NCBI RefSeq assembly: GCF_056746865.1
Contig: NZ_JBWKMP010000003.1
DNA from: a plasmid
Length of the DNA stretch: 64,000 nt
Direction: 5' to 3' (one strand)
Positions 54,013 through 63,030 of this stretch are shown one piece after another. The position numbers were made by a program, and so were the translations under genes. Position 1 is the first letter of the stretch. Every line of letters begins with the position of its first letter. Below the pieces are notes generated by a model. The model was not told where the DNA came from and made no database searches. It saw only the letters and a list, made by a program, of their open reading frames with translations.

Positions 54013-54328
54013 AGTTGAATTGTGAAATTCGCCGTTGTACATTCACAACCGATTGGTACACCGGTCAACTTTTTGAGACAAACCGTTTGGTTTTTCGTAT
54101 GATTGCCGCCGCCATACCAATGGCGGTGCAATATAGGTGGCTGAAAAGCCCCCGTTGACTCACGGTGTTCCAACCTTTATTGCGCCGCCACCAGACCGTG
54201 GAACAGTCGATGGCGGCTCCGAAAGCAAGGAGTCACTACACTATGAACAGCTACTGTCTTTTCCCATCACTCGTTATCCGCCACTCACGCGATAATCTGC
54301 ATTCTTTACTCGCGCTGGGGGTGTCAAA

Positions 54329-54496
54329 ATGACCGTTCGCTATCTCAACTTTCAAATCCAGAACATCACTGGCGGTTGCTATGACTGGTTTGTCACTCTC
54401 GGAAAAGAAGTGATCACCGGGAAGCTGGATGAAGTGAAAGCTAAAGCAATGGCCTACGCCTGCAAGCAAGCCCAAAAGAAGAAAAGAAAAGCATAA
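54329..54496 (+). CDS. Small basic ORF (55 aa), coupled to a 29-codon upstream ORF
   Basis: ATGA overlap with a leader ORF that has RBS aaggag; followed by a terminator at 54603-54624; weak support. Confidence 0.25.
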   Translation: MTVRYLNFQIQNITGGCYDWFVTLGKEVITGKLDEVKAKAMAYACKQAQKKKRKA

Positions 54497-54602
54497 GAAA
54501 ACACACAGTTGCGCCCTGGCATTATCGTGGGGTATATTTCTACGGCACCTTAGAAAAACGGGTGCCGGGATTGGAACCCCGGATAATGTCAAAGGCGACA
54601 CA

Positions 54603-54624
54603 GACGCCGAACGCGTCTTTTTTT
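54603..54624 (+). terminator. Rho-independent terminator
   Basis: gacgc-cgaac-gcgtc followed by ttttttt. Confidence 0.6.
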
Positions 54625-54639
54625 GTGTCATGCCATCGC

Positions 54640-54809
54640 ACAGCCATACTTAGCGTTTAGCTCAGAGATCAATGGTAGTGCTGGCTGGGCTGCCGAAAGG
54701 CAGGCCGGTTCCCTTTGACGCCGGTAGTTCCAACCCAGTCAGTGCTACCGCCATTGAGATTGGAACCTCACGCGGTAGCTCCTTAACTTAGTCAAAGGAG
54801 GCTGCCAAT
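54640..54809 (+). ncRNA. Candidate c4-like antisense RNA / structured leader of the immI-like module 2
   Basis: ORF-free ~170 nt with long-range complementarity (tcaatggtagtgctg / cagtgctaccgccattga; gttccaa / ttggaac) directly upstream of the icd-like RBS. Confidence 0.35.
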
Positions 54810-55025
54810 ATGGCTACTATCCCTACCCCAACTCATTCTGAATTTATCTGGCGTTTCTATTCCTGCCAAAAACACCTTTATATCTGCGTAATGGCTGCTA
54901 CCGAAGCAGAGGCGCGCTCATACCTTCCCGAAGAACCCTGCATTTTTGCTGCTCGCTTCACTCTTGATGCGATGGAGATCCTCAATTACTGGAATCTGCC
55001 AATGAACTGCGTGGAGGTGCACTGA
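54810..55025 (+). CDS. Icd-like small protein (immI-like module 2)
   Basis: 71 aa; paralog of 12851-13075; stop overlaps the ant-like start. Confidence 0.55.
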   Translation: MATIPTPTHSEFIWRFYSCQKHLYICVMAATEAEARSYLPEEPCIFAARFTLDAMEILNYWNLPMNCVEVH

Positions 55026-55966
55026 TGAATCTGTCCATCTCTCAAAAAGCGACAATGACCAGCATTGAGATCGCGGAACTGGTAGGAAGTCGCCCAGATA
55101 GTGTGAAGAGAACTATCGAAACACTGGCTAAAAAGAGTGTGATTCAATTTCCACAATCTGTGGAAATTGAAAATAAACAATCAGTTGGCCCTCGTCGATT
55201 TTCCAAGGCTTACATCTTTGAAGGCGAACAAGGAAAACGAGACAGCATCATTGTCGTCGCGCAGCTCTCTCCGGAATTTACCGCCCGGCTGGTGGACCGC
55301 TGGCGCGAACTGGAGAATGCCCGGGTACAGTTAAAATCCAAAGCCGAAATCCTGGCCGAAATGGCGCAAATGCATCTTGAGCATGAACGCCGGATCAACG
55401 CCGTTAATGCCCAGGTAGCCGAAGTATCGGCACAAGTGTCCAGGGTCACCGAAACACTTGAGCAGATCAAGAAAGGCAATATTCCAGAAGGCTACATTGG
55501 CTATCGCCAGTTGGCGGCAAAATGCGGCCTGACTGAAGCCAAATGCCGCAACCTGGTCAACGCTTACCGGATACCCACTGATACGCATGAGTTTTTAACT
55601 CCCGACGGTTTGCTTGCGCGACGCTCCATTGTGGCCCTGGCCCCCTTCCGGAAAGCCTTTAAGCAGGTTATGTCGGAGGCAGAACCACGTAACAAACGCT
55701 GGTATCATCCCAGGATGGGGCTATTTCAGGCCATTCACCATCCTGTGCCTGAAAGTCCAAAGGCAAACCTGTCGTTGCATACCGCCAGAGAGAAGATTAA
55801 AACAGGGTATGCAACCGTATGCCGTCGAGCATCCTGGCCTGAAAGTGTCTGGGTATGGCCCGAAAGAGGCTCACGGAAAAACTGGCGCACCATTCGCGAC
55901 GGCAAGATCTGTGCGATTGATTTACAGCCAGAAGATGTAGCAGCGACCGACTGGATTGTTAGTTAA
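55025..55966 (+). CDS. Antirepressor-like protein (Ant/Rha-KilA-type N-terminal region plus C-terminal DUF2829-like domain), intact copy
   Basis: 313 aa; N-terminal and middle regions paralogous to 13075-13782; C-terminus CRRASWPESVWVWPERG ... DVAATDWIVS fits DUF2829. Confidence 0.65.
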   Translation: MNLSISQKATMTSIEIAELVGSRPDSVKRTIETLAKKSVIQFPQSVEIENKQSVGPRRFSKAYIFEGEQGKRDSIIVVAQLSPEFTARLVDRWRELENARVQLKSKAEILAEMAQMHLEHERRINAVNAQVAEVSAQVSRVTETLEQIKKGNIPEGYIGYRQLAAKCGLTEAKCRNLVNAYRIPTDTHEFLTPDGLLARRSIVALAPFRKAFKQVMSEAEPRNKRWYHPRMGLFQAIHHPVPESPKANLSLHTAREKIKTGYATVCRRASWPESVWVWPERGSRKNWRTIRDGKICAIDLQPEDVAATDWIVS

Positions 55967-55978
55967 TAGATTTGCCCC

Positions 55979-56000
55979 GGTCATGCCGGGGCTTTAACTA
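55979..56000 (+). terminator. Terminator-like hairpin after ant-like
   Basis: gccccgg-tcatg-ccggggc followed by ttt. Confidence 0.5.
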
Positions 56001-56004
56001 CTAA

Positions 56005-56343
56005 GTGACCGGACACAGCAAAATGTATGCCACGAAAAAAATTGATTTCACTTATTCTTCCGCCACAATTGAGCGGCGCTTCACCCTCATTAGAGAGTTG
56101 GAACTGTCAAAAGTCTGGTATCAAATTCTACTGGATGAAGAGTTCTCACTGATGATAATGGCTGAAAAAGAAGCAATGCCGAATGACCGGCATAAAGTCA
56201 TTGCCAGCCTTGACCTGGTGACAAACAGATACTGGGAGACAGAGGAACTGCGTGAAGCGGGAGTAATTCGTGACCTGATGGAGAGTTCCGTTCCCCGCCG
56301 CTATCGTGCGGGAAACGAAATCTCCGTGATTAAAGGGGCTTAA
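56005..56343 (+). CDS. Hypothetical protein
   Basis: 112-aa ORF; start uncertain. Confidence 0.4.
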   Translation: MTGHSKMYATKKIDFTYSSATIERRFTLIRELELSKVWYQILLDEEFSLMIMAEKEAMPNDRHKVIASLDLVTNRYWETEELREAGVIRDLMESSVPRRYRAGNEISVIKGA

Positions 56344-56732
56344 AGCTCACCAGCACGCTGTTTTTCAAGCGTAGATTTAACATTGGGCGCTTTCCCTTTA
56401 AAAGAATGGAAAGTGCCACATTTTTCTGTTTTAACCTCGCGCAGAGCTTCGCCATCGGCGTTCTGCCATTGATGAGATAACGTCATATCACCGCGAGAAG
56501 GAACATCCAGCGAGTACAACGTGTAAGTTCCCCCCATCTCGGCATACTCCTGGAACACATAGCTCATTACGTCAGATTCAGTTTTCCGGTGCGCGTTATC
56601 GACCTTATTCCCATTCAGAAATATGGCGTTCGGATAGATTTTTATATCAAACCTACCGCACTTCACTTGTAAATTCCCGGCGTGAGCGATCAAAGGGAAA
56701 GCTGCCAATAAAGCAATAGCTAATCTTTTCAA
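56340..56732 (-). CDS. Secreted hypothetical protein
   Basis: N-terminal signal peptide MKRLAIALLAAFPLIAHA. Confidence 0.55.
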   Translation of the reverse strand: MKRLAIALLAAFPLIAHAGNLQVKCGRFDIKIYPNAIFLNGNKVDNAHRKTESDVMSYVFQEYAEMGGTYTLYSLDVPSRGDMTLSHQWQNADGEALREVKTEKCGTFHSFKGKAPNVKSTLEKQRAGEL

Positions 56733-56752
56733 TTCTGCCTCCGCTGCGTAAC

Positions 56753-57373
56753 TTATTGCCCGTATTGTTTACACCATTGCTCTGCCATTTGTGGGGCTAA
56801 AGGCCCAGCCACTGCGCTGTATTCTGCTGTTTTGCTTTGCACGCATGAGGCAGATGGTTTTTTATTGCGCTGTTCCTTGAGTTGTTTTTCATAGGCAACG
56901 ATGGCATCGAAACCAGCTACATCTTCCTCCCTCATGAACCCTTTCTTGATCAGAAACTGCTGACCTTCCGGCACCAATGCTAGAGCATACAACGGCTGCA
57001 ACAGCTCCCCCAATCCTTCCCGGCTATAAACTTGAAACTGCATCCAGCTTTTACTTAACGCTGTCATAGTGTCTTTGGTGGAATAGCCAGCCTTGCGTAT
57101 AGCCTTGTCTAATCGATCTGCTGAATACGCAAACAAACAGAAATCGCCCTTTCCTGTAAACCCCGGTTCAACCGGTTGCAACGTGATATTTTCTTTTTCG
57201 CAAAAGTCTATAAATTCATCAGGTCTATCGGTTTTATAGTCCCGCAATACCTTCAGTCCAGCCTCATACTTTGCAGGTAACGCGCCTGCATAGGCAGCAT
57301 TAAGAGAAACTCCCCCCAATATAACCGCGAGCACTGCTCCCAAAACCCTTAACTTCACAAAACCATCCTTCAT
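56753..57373 (-). CDS. Secreted or periplasmic hypothetical protein
   Basis: Signal-peptide-like LRVLGAVLAVILGGVSLNAAYA; start may be the GTG at 57358 with RBS aagga. Confidence 0.5.
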   Translation of the reverse strand: MKDGFVKLRVLGAVLAVILGGVSLNAAYAGALPAKYEAGLKVLRDYKTDRPDEFIDFCEKENITLQPVEPGFTGKGDFCLFAYSADRLDKAIRKAGYSTKDTMTALSKSWMQFQVYSREGLGELLQPLYALALVPEGQQFLIKKGFMREEDVAGFDAIVAYEKQLKEQRNKKPSASCVQSKTAEYSAVAGPLAPQMAEQWCKQYGQ

Positions 57374-57587
57374 GTAAACAAACTGAAGTTTTATGTTACA
57401 AAAGCAAACATCTACGCCAAAATGACTTAGGCCAAATTCAGCGCGAATAAAAAAATCAAAAAAATTGTTGACACTATTCTGGAAATCACAATCTGGACAA
57501 AATCCATTGCGCAAACGGCTCCCGTTGAAGGTTCTTTTGACGACTAACTTTCAGCCGATGCGCGGTAGGGAGTCATAACGCCAAAGC

Positions 57588-57612
57588 AGGCCGCCATGTG
57601 CGGCCTTTTTTT
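57588..57612 (+). terminator. Textbook rho-independent terminator with no upstream plus-strand gene
   Basis: aggccgc-catgt-gcggcct followed by 7 T. Confidence 0.6.
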
Positions 57613-57638
57613 GTGCCTGCTATCGTGGAGTAAAAGCC

Positions 57639-58292
57639 ATGCAAAAGATCGCAATATTCAGTCTTTCTACTAACAAGCCGCTGATGGCTACGGCAGTCCT
57701 GAAAGACGGCGCGCTTGTAATTGACAAAGTAAAGCCGCTCCCTGCATCTGCTATTGAACAAAAACGAAAAATTCCACCAGCAATTGCCGAGCTGCGTAAA
57801 AGTGAATTTAAGGTGCTGGTTGACGAAATCACGCCAACCATTTCAGCCGGTACAGGTGCCAGCCAGGTAACATTAAAAACACGGCACGCCGACGGCAGAG
57901 CAGCGATCATTGTCGGCATGGAGAGATACCGGGAGCTGAAACTACAAAGGCTGCTATCCCTGCCTGACAAGAACAAAGGGGCATTTGAGATCCCCGACTC
58001 TATCGTCGATACCGAATACAACGGCAACGGTGAAGAGGTTTATCGAGTTAACTGGCAAGATATCCGACCAGAGCACATCCTGATGATTCTGTGCTGCTAT
58101 GCAACGGTATACCACAATGTTGCCAGCGCGGATTACCTGAAACAAATGACAGGAGCGGTAGAGAAAGAAAACAAAGCAGGGATAATGGCCTCGTTCCTGT
58201 CCATTATCAGCGATCAAAAAGCTAAAGCAGGAAATACCCAACCAAAATCGCTGGCCGGGCAAGTAATTGATGAAGATACGGTGATACTTTAA
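57639..58292 (+). CDS. Hypothetical protein (217 aa)
   Basis: ORF with RBS ggag. Confidence 0.5.
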   Translation: MQKIAIFSLSTNKPLMATAVLKDGALVIDKVKPLPASAIEQKRKIPPAIAELRKSEFKVLVDEITPTISAGTGASQVTLKTRHADGRAAIIVGMERYRELKLQRLLSLPDKNKGAFEIPDSIVDTEYNGNGEEVYRVNWQDIRPEHILMILCCYATVYHNVASADYLKQMTGAVEKENKAGIMASFLSIISDQKAKAGNTQPKSLAGQVIDEDTVIL

Positions 58293-58623
58293 TCAACTCA
58301 GTAGCTTTGTTAACTCCCTTAATACCAGGTAGAAGAGTAACAAAAATACTAACGCCAGTATTTGCGTGGTCAACGAGGCGTTCATAAACAGAACAATTAG
58401 CTTTAACAATTCGAGAATAACGTCCATGTCATTCACACTATTTAATTTTTAATCTACAGCCAGCAAACAATGAAGCTGGCCCCCGCATAAAGATTAATGA
58501 AAGTCACTTGTCACCAGTGAGGGGATTTATGAACCACATCCCCCTGAACTGGTGGACTGTCTGTTTCTCGCATTTCACACCCTGCATACAGTTCCCCCCA
58601 GGTTATGACTGTGAGGAACTGTT

Positions 58624-58953
58624 ATGAGTTACAGCAGGCTCGACGATCGATGCATTGAAGACGATGTGCTGCGCGCACTATTCCATCAGGAGATGATCAA
58701 GCGGGTATCGGAGTACCACTCCGATAATTTCCAGTACACGATAAAAATTGATGAGGTTTATCGCTCAGACCTGGCGGCCTATCGCGCCTATGGCAACGCT
58801 GATTTGCGCTGGGTATTTCGCGTGCTGGTGGGCCATGAGTCAGAAATGGAAGAAATGCCGGTCGGGACAACGTTAACTCTTCCTGACGCAGCATGGCTAA
58901 GAAACAAGATTCGCGATTACGCTGGCTCGGCACCGGAGATAGAAAATGCCTGA
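58624..58953 (+). CDS. Hypothetical protein (109 aa)
   Basis: ORF overlapping the next gene start. Confidence 0.5.
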   Translation: MSYSRLDDRCIEDDVLRALFHQEMIKRVSEYHSDNFQYTIKIDEVYRSDLAAYRAYGNADLRWVFRVLVGHESEMEEMPVGTTLTLPDAAWLRNKIRDYAGSAPEIENA

Positions 58954-60142
58954 CTTCCTGAAAAATCAGGACGGGCGATATATCACTGACGGCCTGTCCT
59001 CTAAGGATTTCACACGCGTATTTGAACTCATCAGGAAAGAGCAAAACCGCAAACGCCGCCAGGCGAACAGGACACTCACGCCGGGCAGGCTTAGGAATAA
59101 ATCAGCCGAAGACATTCTTAAGCTGGGGAAAAAGAAAGGCGGCACGTTCTTTACGCGTGACGATCTGAAAGGCTTCGAAAAGCTGCGAAGCAAAGCACGC
59201 GAAAAATATGACAGCAAGACGGCTGGCATTACATACGCACAACTGGTAGCGTCCAGCCAGGCTATCGATATTAAGCGAGCAAATAACGCCGTAGACGACG
59301 GTTCTGGTATCAAAAGAGCTACGCCCGTATCTCTTCGTCACAATGTGATTAATATCCGCGTGGAAGCGTCCGATATATCCGTTCACCAGCACCACATTGT
59401 CCGGGTACGTTTTGAAGAATGGGATCAGATGGTCGATGACATCGCAGAAGACGATAAATCAGCCCTGAAAGTCACAAAATCACTGTGTGCCGGGCGAGTG
59501 TCTTTCGACTGTGACTGCGGTCGCCATCAATACTGGTATCGCTACATCGCCACTGCGGGTAACTTTGCCCTGGCCCCGCCAAAAGAATACGCCTATCCAA
59601 AAGTTCGCAACCCTAAGCTGCAAGGCGTCGCCTGTAAACATGTGATCCACTCAATGACACGACTACAGTCTGCCAGTTGGCAGATGAGTATTGCTCGTGC
59701 GCTACAAAAGGCTGCAACGCAAATTGCATTTGGTGACGATCGCCGCCGTACAACCAAACACTTCTCAAAAGAAGACGAGAAGGAGTTTAATCGCAATCGT
59801 AGCAGTAAAACGAACGTTGAAGCCGCCAAACGCGAATGGAGGCTCTATCAGAAGCGCCAGGCAGCTTTAAGTACAAAACTGGCGAAGGACAACGGCAAGA
59901 TCGACAAGCTACGTGACCAACTGACCAGGGCCAGAAAGTTGTCAGACGCACAGAAAAAACGAGCGGCAGCAAAAGAAGCGGCCTTGCAACGTGAGAAACA
60001 GAAAAACAAGGAGCTTCAGCAACGCCTTGCCGATCAGTTCGCACTGAAGAAGCAGGCGTTCATTGATGCGCTGGTCATGGCAGGAACGTCACCTGGGCAA
60101 GCTGAAAAAATGTTTATGGAGTACGTGAAGAAAGGTTCTTGA
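58946..60142 (+). CDS. Hypothetical 398-aa protein with a Cys cluster and a basic coiled-coil C-terminus
   Basis: CAGRVSFDCDCGRH motif; KR-rich coiled coil. Confidence 0.5.
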   Translation: MPDFLKNQDGRYITDGLSSKDFTRVFELIRKEQNRKRRQANRTLTPGRLRNKSAEDILKLGKKKGGTFFTRDDLKGFEKLRSKAREKYDSKTAGITYAQLVASSQAIDIKRANNAVDDGSGIKRATPVSLRHNVINIRVEASDISVHQHHIVRVRFEEWDQMVDDIAEDDKSALKVTKSLCAGRVSFDCDCGRHQYWYRYIATAGNFALAPPKEYAYPKVRNPKLQGVACKHVIHSMTRLQSASWQMSIARALQKAATQIAFGDDRRRTTKHFSKEDEKEFNRNRSSKTNVEAAKREWRLYQKRQAALSTKLAKDNGKIDKLRDQLTRARKLSDAQKKRAAAKEAALQREKQKNKELQQRLADQFALKKQAFIDALVMAGTSPGQAEKMFMEYVKKGS

Positions 60143-60176
60143 TTGACAACAAAGGCGGTCATACAGACCGCCGAAC

Positions 60177-60557
60177 TCATACACCAACCAGGCTTTCAAG
60201 AGGAATGCCAAACTGGGAATGTAAACGACGAATCATAGGTAACGTTAAATTTCGTGTTCCATTTAGCACTTCGTAAACACGATTTGACTTACCAATCGCC
60301 GGTTCCAGATCCTTCACGGTCAGCCCTTGCTGTTCCATACGGAATTTAATGGCCTCAATAGGTGATGGTGGCTCAATTGGGTAATGTTTTTTCTCGTACT
60401 CCTCAATGAGAAGACACATGACCTCAAAGAAATCACCTTCCGGGGTGTTCATTTCCGGTTCGTTATCGAACATCGGTTCGACCGCACGCAGTGCGGCCTC
60501 ATAATCTTGTTCTGTACGGATAGGTTTAATGTTCATTAATTCCAAAGGAAAGCCCAC
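60177..60557 (-). CDS. Long-form HigA-family HTH antitoxin-like protein, no adjacent cognate toxin
   Basis: C-terminal HTH GKSNRVYEVLNGTRNLTLPMIRRLHSQFGIP and N-terminal PIRTEQDYEAAL region typical of the longer HigA-type antitoxins. Confidence 0.5.
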   Translation of the reverse strand: MGFPLELMNIKPIRTEQDYEAALRAVEPMFDNEPEMNTPEGDFFEVMCLLIEEYEKKHYPIEPPSPIEAIKFRMEQQGLTVKDLEPAIGKSNRVYEVLNGTRNLTLPMIRRLHSQFGIPLESLVGV

Positions 60558-60592
60558 TTGTTAAGTGGGCTTTTTGTATGTGTTTAACTATA

Positions 60593-60931
60593 TCAGGCTG
60601 CTTTTTTATTCAGGTTCCGCTGAGAAATAAATTTTTCAGCAGTATTGATACGACTTAACTCTTCCTGAACGCGCATATCATTTTCGACTTCCCACAGGTC
60701 TACTGCGGTCTGAAGATTAATCCAAAAATCTACAGAAGTATCGAATGCTTTTGCCAGGCGATATGCCATATCCATCGTTAGCTTACGATTGTTATTAACA
60801 AGAGCACTTACGGTGTTACGATGAACATGAAGTATTTCTGCTAACTCGTTGATCTTAAGCTCTAACGGCTCCAGGTATTCGTACAGCAGGATATCACCTA
60901 CAGTCGTCGGTTTTCTGGTTGCCTGTTTCAT
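60593..60931 (-). CDS. higA: HigA antitoxin (Xre-type HTH)
   Basis: TVGDILLYEYLEPLELKINELAEILHVHRNTVSALVNNNRKLTMDMAYRLAKAFDTSVDFWINLQ matches the HigA antidote family; directly downstream of higB. Confidence 0.8.
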   Translation of the reverse strand: MKQATRKPTTVGDILLYEYLEPLELKINELAEILHVHRNTVSALVNNNRKLTMDMAYRLAKAFDTSVDFWINLQTAVDLWEVENDMRVQEELSRINTAEKFISQRNLNKKAA

Positions 60932-61002
60932 TTTTTGCCCTTACTAGCGTGCGTATTAAGTGGACTCTGGTCAGTACCTGGCCCATCCGCCGGGTATTTG
61001 TT

Positions 61003-61305
61003 TTAGTATTTGTGAGGGTCGAGATACAAGTCCTCGGCCTTTCCGTTAACCCACTTAAAAATTAACCTGTATTGCTTATTCACCCTTATTGATGAATAGC
61101 CGTTTAGCTTCCCTGACAATTCCTCATACCGATTACCTGGTGGTGATCTCAAGTCCTTCCAAGTAGTTGCAGCATTGATAATATCCAGCTTCCGCAACAA
61201 TGTAATCTGAATATCAGAAGGTATCTTTTTGTGTGGTATTGAAAATTCAAAAAAATCATCAAGCCACTCATCCCTGAAATTCTTTATGTTAATCTTTTTG
61301 CTCAT
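61003..61305 (-). CDS. higB: HigB toxin (RelE/ParE superfamily)
   Basis: LLRKLDIINAATTWKDLRSPPGNRYEELSGKLNGYSSIRVNKQYRLIFKW matches the HigB killer-protein signature. Confidence 0.8.
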   Translation of the reverse strand: MSKKINIKNFRDEWLDDFFEFSIPHKKIPSDIQITLLRKLDIINAATTWKDLRSPPGNRYEELSGKLNGYSSIRVNKQYRLIFKWVNGKAEDLYLDPHKY

Positions 61306-61468
61306 CGATCATTTTATCCTCCATGATTATTAATGAATGTCATAATGATAGCGCACTGTTGCACCGTGCGCAAGTGCATATTGTAACAATTCCCCTCCTC
61401 CATCCAAAATCACAATCTCCCGAAAATCTTCCTTTCGATACCTGATAAATCGACCTTTGAGGACGCTT

Positions 61469-62263
61469 ATGGGCCGTTTTGATGAATGGCTTGCTGATGA
61501 TGCAAGCCTGATGAGAAAGGGAACAGAACATGACAGCACGCAGAGAGAAGAGACAACGACGGTTGAAGCGAATGAAGGAAGCACAACGGAAAATGGGAAG
61601 GTCAGTACAGGGCCATTCAGTATTCTGGAAGAACACGCTGCCACCGAAGCAGATAGCCGCCATGATAATTGGCCTGATAATGCTGGTGACTCTGTTACGG
61701 AAGTGATTGAACCTGACATCGCCCCCCTACCGGCATCGCTCGCTAACAGAGAACCAAACCAGCAGCTTAAAACCCGATATAACGGACACAAAGCGTTCAA
61801 CGACCAGATCCGCGCCGATTGGATGCTCATTATTGAATCAAGCCCTGACGCATTCGAGGCGCTTTTATATCGCCCGGCTGATGGCACCTATGGCGTCGTA
61901 AACGATGAAACAGGTGAAGAGTCATTCACGCAACTGGACAACAACCAGCGTGAGCTTACCTATCTGGAACCGGAAATCGTATACGTCCTGGACAACCCGG
62001 ACGGAAGGGATTCGTTTCATGCCATTGATGCCGATGGAGAACAGGATGGTCTTGCTGATGAAGTGCTAATCCTGCGTATTGCTGCAAACAACGTACCTGT
62101 TGGTTCAATCCTGGAATGGAACGAAGAAATGGCGAATGGCCTCGCCCGCCGCTGGTGGTACGTGCACCGAATCTTCAGCTACGGAACACAACACGTCGGC
62201 TCCCTTTATTACTGCATCCCGGCCAGGAACTTTGATACCACTCAAAACGGAGTGATCGAATGA
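61469..62263 (+). CDS. Hypothetical protein, first gene of a coupled plus-strand operon (possible virion morphogenesis)
   Basis: ATG at 61469 with RBS gagga; acidic N-terminal region. Confidence 0.5.
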   Translation: MGRFDEWLADDASLMRKGTEHDSTQREETTTVEANEGSTTENGKVSTGPFSILEEHAATEADSRHDNWPDNAGDSVTEVIEPDIAPLPASLANREPNQQLKTRYNGHKAFNDQIRADWMLIIESSPDAFEALLYRPADGTYGVVNDETGEESFTQLDNNQRELTYLEPEIVYVLDNPDGRDSFHAIDADGEQDGLADEVLILRIAANNVPVGSILEWNEEMANGLARRWWYVHRIFSYGTQHVGSLYYCIPARNFDTTQNGVIE

Positions 62264-63027
62264 CATCCAACAAAACTCTCCTGTCCCGCATTGGCGAGTG
62301 GCAGACAACGCGTACTGGAAAATTCCAGACAACTGGTCTGGAAAGAGTGGATAACGCTTTTGCTACGCTAATCAGTGACATTTTTTCTGACGTAACGCTG
62401 GTGGAACCAGCAAAAGAAGAAAGGCGCTTTGCATCATTCCTGAGTCGCCCACCAGCGGAGCGTGTTTATGTTGCCCGTTTTGATAACGCGGTCGAGTTCC
62501 TTAAAGCGGTTCGCCGTGCTAATGCCGGGCAAGGGAGAAAGCCAGAGAATCCGAACATTAATCGCGATGCGCTCCCTCTGATTAATATCTCGCGCTCAAT
62601 GGATATCAGCTATATCAACAATGACCAGCAGATAGACCGCAAAAGCTGTGATCACTTCTGCGAACCTGGCAGCGGTATGCCTTTAGTAGCCCTGGAATAC
62701 ACCCAGGCAAATCTGACGTATGACGTTACATTAATGGCGACGGATAAGGCGACCATGAGTCTGATGTGTAATTCGCTAGGAGCACGTCTTCGCTTGATGG
62801 CAGGAACGCAGTTTGAAGCAACAACCCCGCTGGTACGAGTACCCGTCCCGCTAATTTGCGCGATTCAGGATGCTAAAGACATCAGTTTTACTGATGTTTC
62901 AGCCCCAATTGGGGAAGAGCGTATTTATGCTGCACAAACGGCAATTAGTGTTATAGCAGACGTGATCACCGCCTGGGAGCTGGACGCGAAACGAATTATT
63001 ACTGAAACCTCTCTGAGAATGGGGTAA
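62260..63027 (+). CDS. Hypothetical protein, coupled (ATGA) to the upstream gene
   Basis: 255-aa ORF. Confidence 0.5.
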   Translation: MTSNKTLLSRIGEWQTTRTGKFQTTGLERVDNAFATLISDIFSDVTLVEPAKEERRFASFLSRPPAERVYVARFDNAVEFLKAVRRANAGQGRKPENPNINRDALPLINISRSMDISYINNDQQIDRKSCDHFCEPGSGMPLVALEYTQANLTYDVTLMATDKATMSLMCNSLGARLRLMAGTQFEATTPLVRVPVPLICAIQDAKDISFTDVSAPIGEERIYAAQTAISVIADVITAWELDAKRIITETSLRMG

Positions 63028-63030
63028 GCC

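Noticed and set aside
54251-54631. 126-aa minus-strand ORF upstream of immI-like module 2
   Set aside because: Antisense to two coupled plus-strand small ORFs and to a plus-strand terminator; no RBS; product is low-complexity.
61330-61887. 185-aa minus-strand ORF
   Set aside because: Overlaps the plus-strand gene 61469-62263, which has an RBS and is translationally coupled to downstream genes; the minus-strand product is low-complexity and Ser-rich.
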